The notes under the pieces: model-generated | What the model was told of the DNA's origin: nothing | Database searches by the model: none | What the model saw: only the letters and a program-made list of their open reading frames with translations | Shown: one piece after another, positions 9,117 through 18,026 of the stretch | Layout of the letters: each line of letters begins with the position of its first letter | Position numbering within the stretch: position 1 is the stretch's first letter | Program-made: the position numbers and the translations under genes | Assembly (NCBI GenBank): GCA_038858525.1 | Contig: JAWCFL010000015.1 | Coordinates: 1 to 32,000 of the forward strand | Length of the DNA: 32,000 nt | Direction: 5' to 3' | Source: Candidatus Jordarchaeales archaeon | Lineage (GTDB): Archaea; Asgardarchaeota; Jordiarchaeia; Jordiarchaeales; Freyrarchaeaceae

Positions 9117-11418
9117 CGTTTATAGATTGTTAGAAGAGGGTGGTTAGTTTGACCTGATGACCAAGGTGTGGCTAAGCTTTTTTGATCTTTCCTAGTTGGT
9201 TTGTTAAACTTCGCTTAAAAATTTGATGAGGGAGATGAATGTTCTTCTTCATAGTAATTTGATTAATGAAGGGAGGTGTTGAGAGAGTTGAGGGTTACAA
9301 TCCATTTAAGCCTGAAGGGTCTGTTGAAGTTGGATGCTTGTTCCACACCAGTGCTGTAACGGTTTCACTATTTTCTTAGTTGTTACTGAGGAGATTGGAG
9401 TAGCCTAGAGCTGAAAGAGATTGGCAGGATAAATAAGGGTGAGACATGCGGAGCAACATGATCTGGTTGAATACTTATCTGTGGGGACCGTAATTATAAT
9501 CATAGAAATCAGGGGGAACTGGTAGCTTCAGCGTCCTAGGAGAGGTGAGAGGTTTCCAGCTCTTCGTAGGAGCAAGTGGTTTTAGAAGCACCTGGCTTCC
9601 TAGTCGACTCGGTTTACTAGAAAATCGTAGTTAATCCGAGGTCTTCAAACATAGCAATGGTCAAGCAACTCAAATCGGAAGTATGAGGCGGCGCTGGTTC
9701 ATTTTCCTTAGTAAATGTTAAGTTGCGGGGGAATGCAAAGGCGCGTAAAAGCGCATCAGCGTACTCAACATTGATGTAAGGTATTTTTCTCTGAAGGAGT
9801 AAGTAATGGTCTTCAGTATGCGTTGTAACCATAGGCTCCGAAGCCTACACATCTTATAGAAGAAACTTGATAAGTGTATAGGGTTACAAGATAAACATAG
9901 CATATCTATTAAACGTTAATTTACGATCCCCTTATTGAGGGTAGAAAGGGACCTGCAAAATAGCGCTACTCAGAAAGGTAGTGGAGGTATTCTTGGATCC
10001 GGAGGTGGAGATTCTGCACATGGGGTTCTCTAAGTTAAGGAGAGTGGAGTCCGGAAAGCACCGCCACTAAAGGCATAGTGGCCCTCTTTAAGTATGAGGT
10101 AAGTATGAGGACGCGGACATGATAACGGCAATTGAGATCCTTAAGCCGAAGGAGATACTAGACAAACTCAACTTATAATAGCTTTTTTGAGATTAGAGAG
10201 AAGTCTACTGAGGTTTTGCGGTGCGGCAGCGCGGCCGGGTTCACATAACTTTTATCGGGTGAGCCACTGGATCCACAGTGACCCTACGTGAACTGCTAGC
10301 GATATGAAGTCCACTTACCACGGAATGAGACGCTCTTAAAAAAATAGAGTGGGGCGGAGGGACTTTGGGGGGTCCGCGTGGTTAGTGCTGAGATTTAACT
10401 GTGAAAGCCTTAGATTTCGTAGTCACGATCGAAGGTGAAAACCTCTTTATTAACATGGAAAGATAGCATGAACGTTAAAGGCATGAACAATACAAATGCA
10501 ACTCAATTAAAGAAAATAGAGTTCACATTTAGCCTTCATAACTGAGTTAAACACTATGTGATAGACTCACAATCAAAAATTAAAATAAAAATGCTGTAAT
10601 AGGCGCGGGATGTTGTGCCACAGAGATTCTGAAAGAACCTAATGCGACATTCTCAGGGCTGCAGCAGTTAAGAAACAGACAAAAATCTGTATTTATACCG
10701 GAAGGGAGGCCTCAAGGGGTTAAGACGAACCGCCATGTGAAAGCTCATTCGAGCAAGCAGCTCTTTGAAAGGGGGCTTAAAAACTGGCTGTAGACTCAAG
10801 GAAGTTTACTGAAAAACGTAAGGCTTAACTATAATGAAAAGGGAGAGAAAGGTGGAGTTGAAATATTCAACATAGCTAGGGACGATTACGGCCTCAGTCG
10901 CCGAGCAGCTTAAAGAGATCAAAGTAAAAGTGGAGGAACCTGAAACCTCCAAACACTTAAGCCACTAAAAATGGAGCCGAAAAGGTTGAACGCTCAACTC
11001 TATGTTTAGCCACTTTAAGGGTTAAGAGTCCTAATAGGGGGCGGAGAGATCCCTTCCGACATAGCTTGCTCTGATTCCACGAAAATACGCCATTATTGCC
11101 TAATTGTCCACACCCCTTCATTTCCCACCTTTCGTCTAAATAAGTTACCTTAAAAAACTTCACGTCTTCAAGGGATGCGCCATTCCCTACTTCATGTTGC
11201 AATAAATTAACTTTAGCCACCAATTTTTTCTTGGTAAGCTTCATCCATTTCATTTTCTTTTATTCCAACATAATTTCCATTAATAGTTGTCTGTAAGTAT
11301 TCGGAAATCGTAGCCGAAAATCAACGTGAAAACAACCTGGGTGAAAAGGCTACAAGAAAGGCTAATATTGTGCTTATGGTTAGGTGGAGCTTGGCTTAAT
11401 GTTTCGATCGGGGATTGC

Positions 11419-12069
11419 ATGGAGTTAAGGATTGTTTACGATAATGAGGCTAAATTGGGCTTCAAGAGTGGTTGGGGGTTCTCCTGCCTGCTTGGAGACC
11501 ACTTGTTGTTCGACACGGGTGCCGACGCAGATGTCTTGCTATTCAACATGTGAAGGTTTTCCGTGGAGCTTGAAGACATCAACAGCGTTGTTTTGTCGCA
11601 TGATCACGGAGACCACACCGGCGGCCTCCGGATTCTGGAGAAGCTTGGAGACGTGGAGGTTTTCGTTCCACTCTCTTTCCCAAGTCAGTTTAAAAAGCGG
11701 CTGAGTTCCTATCCCAATGTCAGCCTTGTTGACGTGTCCGGGGAAAGGGAGATATCCCGCAACATTTTCACTACGGGCGAGCTCGGGCACTTCGTCAAGG
11801 AGCAGTCGCTAATCGTTAGGACGAACAGGGGCTTAACCGTCGTAACGGGGTGCGCACATCCAGGCTTAGAAAACATCTTGAAAGCTGCCTCGAAGCTCAG
11901 AAAGGTCTATGGGGTAGTAGGCGGCCTCCATGGATTCGATAAGCTGGAAACATTGAAGGAAGTAGGCTTGGTCGCCCCATGCCACTGCACCGCACGAAAA
12001 AGAGAGATATTAAACTTGTACCCGAAAACAAGCCTGAAGTGCTCAGCCGGATGTATAATCGAAATTTAG
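11419..12069 (+). pseudogene. MBL-fold metallo-hydrolase (COG1237-like) interrupted by one in-frame TGA at 11551-11553
   Basis: MELRIVYDN...GWGFSCL...LLFDTG...FNM*RFSVELEDINSVVLSHDHGDHTGG...TGCAHPG...GGLHG...PCHCT. Both track ORFs (11326-11553, 11563-12069) are in the same frame. Confidence 0.85.
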
Positions 12070-12590
12070 CGAGAAACACAACTTTTAGGGCTGCCACTTC
12101 CGTTAAATCTTAACTCACAAACATTAACCTTTAATAAAACTAAACTTACCTCTAACAAGTCCCGTTTCACATCCTCCGCCAAACTATGAAGCACCAGTTA
12201 AAACAGCCCACTTAGTTGAAGAAAAAGTATAGTAGGATAAAGGGATTGAACGAAAAATGGTTAGGAAAACATCGGGGAGACCTTTGAAGGGGGTTTGTTA
12301 GTAAAATTATAGGACTTTAGATTGTTTTGGACCACGCATAGCAAACGAGACGTGTACAGAGTGAAGAATAAGACGAAGGAACCAGCAAACATGTGAATCC
12401 AGATGCAATAACCAGATTTTGAAGTCCGTTGCTCTTGTTATTTTCTGACAAATTTTTGCCGTAATTAGAATTTAGAATACTGTACATAGTGCTTCATAGT
12501 TTAGCGGATATAGCATTTGAGCTAGGCCTCTTCGGGACATGTATAACTGTTTTTCATCTATAATTGTTTAGAGTTGTTCATTTTGAATGA

Positions 12591-12633
12591 GTGGGAATAT
12601 TTAAATATGTGGGAATTAGATGTCTAGTGGGAT
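12591..12633 (+). promoter_or_regulatory. Putative vapBC promoter/operator: TATA-like TTTAAATA within three GTGGGA repeats
   Basis: GTGGGA at 12591, 12609 and 12627 (18-bp period), with palindromic ATATTTAAATAT at 12597-12608. Confidence 0.4.
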
Positions 12634-12892
12634 GAAGTTTATGGAAAGCGTAAGGGTTGATGAAAAAGGCAGGATCCTTATTCCTAAAAGGATAAGGGAA
12701 AAAGCTGGAGTGAGGGAGGGAAGCTACGTTAAAATAAAGGCAGACGAAAAGGGCATAGTGATAGAGCCTCTTAGGGATATAGCCGACAGATACTTCGGCG
12801 CCTTCAAGGTAATTGAGTGGCCGGACGACCTCGACGAATTTGTAACCGAGGTTATGAGAAAATGGTGGACTCGGACCCAGAAGGATACGTAG
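12620..12892 (+). CDS. vapB: AbrB/MazE/SpoVT-family antitoxin
   Basis: VRVDEKGRILIPKRIREKAGVREGSYVKIKADEKGIVIEP is a canonical AbrB swapped-hairpin motif. It overlaps the PIN gene. The start may be ATG 12632 or 12641. Confidence 0.9.
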   Translation: MSSGMKFMESVRVDEKGRILIPKRIREKAGVREGSYVKIKADEKGIVIEPLRDIADRYFGAFKVIEWPDDLDEFVTEVMRKWWTRTQKDT

Positions 12893-13293
12893 ACGTAAAC
12901 GTTTTTGTTTATTGGCTCGGCAACCATCCCACCTTCGGCAGAACATCCTATGAATGGATAAAGAAAATCGAATTATCTCCACGGGGAAAATATGTAACTT
13001 CAGCTCTAACATTATACCAAATAATGGTAATAATGGCTGGATTAACAGGGAGAAACCTAAGGGACCAGGAACTAATCGGAGAAGTGGTAAACTCGGTGGA
13101 GAGCTTATCCGGTTTGAGAATAATACCTTTAACGGTAGAAGACGTAACCCAAGCAGTTAAACTCATGAAAGAATATAATCTGGATTATGAGGACGCAATA
13201 CACTTAGCTTCTGCGTTAAGGAGTAATGCCAAAGAAATGATATCCAACGACGAGGACTTCGATAGAACACCATTAAAAAGAAGATTCAGTTAA
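12862..13293 (+). CDS. vapC: PIN-domain ribonuclease toxin
   Basis: YVDVNVFVYWL...SALTLYQI...YEDAIHLASA...ISNDEDFD are PIN acidic motifs. Likely start is ATG 12862. Confidence 0.9.
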   Translation: MVDSDPEGYVDVNVFVYWLGNHPTFGRTSYEWIKKIELSPRGKYVTSALTLYQIMVIMAGLTGRNLRDQELIGEVVNSVESLSGLRIIPLTVEDVTQAVKLMKEYNLDYEDAIHLASALRSNAKEMISNDEDFDRTPLKRRFS

Positions 13294-13556
13294 AAGCGTA
13301 GAGAGTTTAGACTTCCCCACCGCTTCATCAAAATTTTCATCATAAAACAAATTACTAAGAAGGAGAACCTCACGAAATCGCGAAGCGAGAAGCCAAATCC
13401 ATAACGCCCAAACGAAAGAAGGCCTAACTTTCTAATTATATTGGATTCCACCCCCGTGTTCGGTTTTCCTATGAAAACGTTTATCCTTCTACAGTCCAGC
13501 TTCGAATGCTTTATAGACTTAGAGTTCTCTATCTCCAAACTCCCTATCACAATCAT
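13290..13556 (-). pseudogene. 5' remnant of an AAA_15/AAA_21-type ATPase
   Basis: SLEIENSKSIKHSKLDCRRINVFIGKPNTGVESNII matches the ENFKS...INVFIGxPNTGKSNI N-terminus. The Walker A Lys is lost and the gene is truncated. Confidence 0.75.
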
Positions 13557-13593
13557 CCTTTCCCATAACTCGCCCTTCGGCAGCCTTCACCCG

Positions 13594-13626
13594 CAACCTT
13601 ACTAGAAACAACCTTACTAGAAACAA
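13594..13626. repeat. 15-bp tandem duplication (CAACCTTACTAGAAA x2)
   Basis: Units at 13594-13608 and 13609-13623, just upstream of the ATPase remnant. Confidence 0.9.
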
Positions 13627-13943
13627 GACAACAAGCCACGAGAGAACTTACCAAACCCAGCTTTTAGGGATTTAGTGAAAGCTTCGCGAAGCCAAACCAC
13701 CAAGTCCTCCCAGAAACCGCCAAAGGAAACACCAAAAGGGGAAGGAAACTTTATGCTTAACCTGCAAACAAAAAGCTCCGCTTACCCTTCAAGAAGAGGC
13801 AAGAGGAGGGAGGAAAACGGCGGGCAAGTTCGACAAGAAAGAAGAACGTGTTATACTCCTCGAGAGGGGCTAGTGGACTCGTAAGATAATTGCTGAAACG
13901 TAATGCTTCTATAACGAAAAGGAAAAAGTCGGTGTCGAAGCAT

Positions 13944-14130
13944 TCAACATTTAACAGCCCTCCAAGCTTCCTTCTTAACATAATAATCGAGGGATCCCTT
14001 TCGGAGTGAATGTTTAGATACCTCGATGGAATATGATGCTTGTCAAGTTCCTTCGCCCTGTTGATAAAAGGATCCATAAAGATGCTCCTCGAGTAACTGT
14101 GCAGACAAACAAGAATAATGGCTCTCTTCG
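13944..14130 (-). pseudogene. 3' remnant of a HEPN-domain gene
   Basis: FINRAKELDKHHIPSRYLNIHSERDP, then after a frameshift DYYVKKEAWRAVKC*. This matches the HEPN C-terminal LDKxYIPxRYP...DYY pattern. Confidence 0.7.
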
Positions 14131-14176
14131 CGGAGAACTAGGTCTGTTATTTATAGCTCGCCTCCCGCCTTGGATT

Positions 14177-14564
14177 TCACGAAGTTGATGATTTTTTTCC
14201 ACTAGTAAAAATGGCTCTGCCTGCATCTGTTTCGTCAAATGCTTCTGAGGGGATGCCTCCAGAGGGAGTTTGGGTAGTGGGTTGGAATGTAGAATTTGTC
14301 GAGTAGGGCGGCGTCTCGTTGAATGTTGGAGAAGTCGTCGTCGAAGTGTTATGCGTCACTGCACAAGTCAGAGGTTAAGTACCCTCACGCCTCCTCGGCA
14401 CCCTTAAGTATGAGGAAGGCTTTTAGGGCTTTTTCTGCGGATTGCTGTGCCAGAAAGCAGGCAACATTATACCTTTTGCCTGAAAGGTTATATTTTGCGT
14501 CATCCAGGTCCCGGAGCGCCTGGAGAAACCATCTTTTCGCCTCTCTCACGCTGCTGTCTCTCAT
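14177..14564 (-). pseudogene. HEPN toxin pseudogene (MNT-HEPN pair)
   Basis: REAKRWFLQALRDLDDA...ACFLAQQSAEKALKAFL...A*GYLTSDLCSDA*HFDDDFSNIQRDAALLDKFYIPTHYPNSL, then a frameshift into GGIPSEAFDETDAGRAI. Two stops and one frameshift. Confidence 0.85.
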
Positions 14565-14899
14565 AGAGGGCCCTCCCACTTCTTAAGGCAGACCTTACAA
14601 ATTGATTGCTCTCCTTCATCTCCTTAAATTCCTCCGGGGTATAGACGAGAATGCCCACCCCCTCCACCCTCGGCTCGAGATGAGCATAGAAGTCCTCCAG
14701 CCTGCTCAGAAATCCCTTATCCGTCCTCTTCACAACAATCAAATCGATATCACTTGACTTGTGAACGGAGCCCGACGCCAAAGAGCCAAAAAGAATAATT
14801 TTCTCCACATCAAACTCAACGATCCTCGGCACAATCCTCCTCAGCTCACCCTCCAAAAAGCTCTCTCCTCCTCTCCGCCAACCCCACTCTAAACGGCAT
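14561..14899 (-). pseudogene. MNT antitoxin with a 5' frameshift
   Basis: IILFGSLASGSVHKSSDIDLIVV...GILVYTPEEF...GRALYE. The natural start ATG 14899 (MPFRVGLAERRRELL) is shifted by an extra T in a T5 run. The 3' end is approximate. Confidence 0.75.
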
Positions 14900-15580
14900 A
14901 CCACCACCAAACTCTTCTAATACCAAACCTTTCAAATACATCATCTACCAAACCCATAACAACACACACTCTTATCTCTTCTTCCACTCAAACGAGTCCA
15001 TAGACCACACAAAACTACAATTCAAACTATGTCACACCTTATGCAATAAGCCAGCACTTATTCAACACGCCTGCTAAGTTAAAGTTGGGTCAGTTCACCC
15101 TAACTGAGGTCGTGATAGCTACCGGACATGTGTAGCTGGACAAGACACTGTTACAATACAAGAGCCTACATCAACTTGGTAGACCCCGGGAGGAACGAGC
15201 AAACGGGCTGACTAAAGGCAAGCTGGTCTTGTCTTCGCAACTCGCACTTCACATCTCTTAGGTTTACATTTTCACCTAACAATTTACTTTGGTCTTCGTT
15301 TTGCTGTTATTGAAGTGGAATCTTAAGGCTGGATAATCTAAATAATTTGCGAAATTAAAAGAGGTGCAGCTATGAAACAGACACCTTACTAGACAGAAAA
15401 AGGGCGTGACACTCCTACTAGAATTCCTGTGAGGATCCAAGAACTATGACCTCCCTTCAGTACCTTCCAGCCTTCCCATGCATGTTTTTAGAGGTAAAAC
15501 ATTCAATTCTTTGTCCTTTTAATGAAGTTTCTTCTTAGCAAAGCTTTCAGTATTCCAGCTATCTGCTTTTACAACTTGGC

Positions 15581-16240
15581 TCAAAAAAGAAAGGTATGGT
15601 TCTCCACGTGTGAGAGGATCCAACGGCAAGAATTGAGAAAAACATACGAGAGAGGATCCCCCATCATTATTCGGTATGTTGAGAAAAAGTTGAGATTTAT
15701 AGTCACGTACCACGTTAGGATGACATCTCTTTCAACGTAACGGTGAGTTACTCCAATGTTTGGTAACCCTAACCTATTCACCTTTTTTCTTGACGTGTCT
15801 ATAAAGGAAGTCATCTTTGCAGTAGAAAATTTTCGGGGTGTTGTAGTCAAAAAACACCGCCCTCTTTATCAGGGTGTTACAAACGAACGGTGTCTCCCTT
15901 TATATAGACTGGTTTTATCTTGCTAGTAACATTCTTGTAAGGCTTCAATATGTATGTCGTCATCTGTGCATACTGTTGAAACGGCTACAACATTTGGATA
16001 CTTGGTAAACTTGCTAACAACGTCAAACCGGTTTGATGGGATTTCGACGTCATCGTCGAACATAGTTATCCATTCGGTTTTGCATTTCATTGCTCCTTAT
16101 CTTTCTCGGCTATAGACAATGGTTTCGAAGTCTCAAATACAATATTGTTAACCCATGGAGCATTCGCAAGAACCTTTATCAAATTAGGATTTACTATTTG
16201 ATGGGTCTTTGGTTGGGATTAAAACATCAATCTTGTCCAT
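15581..16240 (-). pseudogene. Glycosyltransferase family 2 (GT-A) pseudogene
   Basis: Manual multi-frame reading: MDKIDVLIPTKDP / LIKVLANAPWVNNIVFETSKPLSIA / GAMKCKTEWITMFDDDVEIP (DxD) / DDFLYRHVKKKG. Several frameshifts. Confidence 0.6.
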
Positions 16241-16539
16241 TGCAAGCAATAATATGCATTCGAACTTAAAAGTTAATGTGCCACAAGTAAAAGTTCTGCT
16301 CCAGCTTAATTTCGTTAAACTGCTTGGGAGTATAACGCCGAGTGGCTTCCTCCCACTAGCTGCTATCATTTATTCATTACTGTTACCAAGACTCTGTCAT
16401 TCGAAGATCGAGAGCTTAGTTCTTAATATACCCTCCTTTTACCGTAAGAAACCCTGTTTTTGCATTTTTAGGTATTTTAATGATAATGAAAAAACCGTGT
16501 TTTACATCACTATCAATCTATTGGCTTAGATTGTCGATT

Positions 16540-18021
16540 TTATTTAGGTAGGACGAAAGTTATGATGTGAAAATTGTCAATTTTATCGAGTTTGTAAAGG
16601 TCAAAACCAGCTTCTTTTGTTATCTCTATGCATTTTTCAAGAATAGTTTTGTCTTCTTCATGCAAAATCGTTGTAAAATACCGAGATGACTTAAGGACGC
16701 GGCGCATTTCAAGGACGAATCTAGTGTACATGTCTAAGTATTTCTTTAGATCTTTTCCTTGTCTAGGATTCACTACAAACTCCTTTTCGAAATCCAGTTC
16801 CTCTTTCATCCATGAAGTATAGAAGGTGCTCAATTCAAAGAATTGCGCTTCGTCCGTGTGAGGCGGATCCGTTATAACATAGTCAACGGAGTTATCGGGT
16901 AATGAGAGCTTTGCTGCATCATCTAAAAGAAAGGCTACGTCAGCTTTTTTTCCAAGTACTTCTGCGTTTCCTCCCTCTTTTCGCTTACATTGACAAGAAG
17001 ATAGCTTGTGTATAAGGTCATTTGCCGCTCTTATAAAGACGTAGAATGGATTTCTAATTACATACTTGCGAGGTATCCAATAGCTGTTTATTGGCCAGGT
17101 GCCTCCAGAAGGCCTATTCATTTTACTGCTCCTTGCAAGAGTTGCCATGAAAATTAGGTGTAAACACTTTTTTGTAGTGTATGAAACGTTTATTTCGTTG
17201 ATCTTGTGCCAAAGGTATGATAGGAAAGCAAGAGTTCGGCTGTCAAAAAACTCGTGAACACGTTCCACATCTCTCTTCTTTAAAAATGGTTTCCCATCAG
17301 GATACCTCAGTTCAGTTTTTGGATACCAATATGCCGGGCGAATAGGATCCTCAATCAGCCACTCAGGCTCACAAAAACCATTTATTTCCGTTCTCCCGCA
17401 AATACATGGTTTAACATAATTAATCTCAATGGGTAAAACTTGTTCTGTAACAGCACCCATTTTAATTAAACCTTTTAGCGCATTGGTGACTCCATTTTTC
17501 TGTATGTCAGACAGTTGTTCCACAAGCTTTTCATGTGTTACAAAATCACTTTCTCTAATTTTTTCCAGTACCTTTCTTCGCAGCTTGGTAGCTTTTTCAG
17601 GCTCAAAATTAAACATGTAAAACCTAGTAAAAATTATAGACTTTACCTCTGCTATTTCGCCACAAGGGCACTTTATTGAAAAAAGTTCTTTTCTGCTAAC
17701 TTTTATCTTCTTCTCTCCAGTAACAACCTCGATTTCTTCATCCTGAACAATGACGTCTATAACCTTTTTCAGCTCTTCGACATCGCAACCCAAAATAGTT
17801 CCCTCTGCAATAAGCTTAGCGAATGAATTAAGGTCGACATAAATAGCTCTTCTTCCTAATTCAAGAGCTACCTTCACTATGTTTCCGCTTCCGGCAAACG
17901 GGTCAAGAACCACCTCACCCTCCTTCGTGAACTCTTCAATATATTTTGACACCATAAAAGGCGGCTTCCTCCCCCAGTACCTCACCAACTTAGGACTATC
18001 GACAACCATTTTTGTCACCAT
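16540..18021 (-). CDS. Amino-DNA methyltransferase (N6-A/N4-C), alpha-type motif order, with Cys-flanked HTH-like insert
   Basis: YWGRKP; motif I VLDPFAGSG; DLNSFA; long central region; motif IV variant DYVITDPPH. Start most likely ATG 18021, just after the upstream stop (track start 18054 overlaps). Confidence 0.88.
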   Translation of the reverse strand: MVTKMVVDSPKLVRYWGRKPPFMVSKYIEEFTKEGEVVLDPFAGSGNIVKVALELGRRAIYVDLNSFAKLIAEGTILGCDVEELKKVIDVIVQDEEIEVVTGEKKIKVSRKELFSIKCPCGEIAEVKSIIFTRFYMFNFEPEKATKLRRKVLEKIRESDFVTHEKLVEQLSDIQKNGVTNALKGLIKMGAVTEQVLPIEINYVKPCICGRTEINGFCEPEWLIEDPIRPAYWYPKTELRYPDGKPFLKKRDVERVHEFFDSRTLAFLSYLWHKINEINVSYTTKKCLHLIFMATLARSSKMNRPSGGTWPINSYWIPRKYVIRNPFYVFIRAANDLIHKLSSCQCKRKEGGNAEVLGKKADVAFLLDDAAKLSLPDNSVDYVITDPPHTDEAQFFELSTFYTSWMKEELDFEKEFVVNPRQGKDLKKYLDMYTRFVLEMRRVLKSSRYFTTILHEEDKTILEKCIEITKEAGFDLYKLDKIDNFHIITFVLPK

Positions 18022-18026
18022 ACTAA

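Noticed and set aside
9617-9903. 71-aa and 61-aa minus-strand ORFs
   Set aside because: No motif or RBS; cannot be supported as genes.
9960-10180. Possible PIN-like remnant (LLRKVVEVFLDPEVE...IEILKPKEILDKL) with an 11-bp tandem duplication at 10089-10110
   Set aside because: Resemblance is too weak to call without a profile search.
10300-10370. GCGATATGAAGTCC segment faintly like a fluoride riboswitch
   Set aside because: The pseudoknot pairing and downstream conserved motif are missing, and there is no crcB-type gene downstream.
10957-11253. 98-aa minus-strand ORF
   Set aside because: Protein-like composition but no identifiable family or context.
11551-11553. Selenocysteine or TGA recoding
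   Set aside because: TGA terminates the helicase and HEPN genes in this window, the site is not a catalytic Cys position, and no SECIS was recognised.
14177-14359. Ser/Thr-rich ORF resembling a secreted-protein linker inserted into HEPN
   Set aside because: It is an alternative frame of the HEPN pseudogene; another frame gives DAALLDKFYIPTHYPN.
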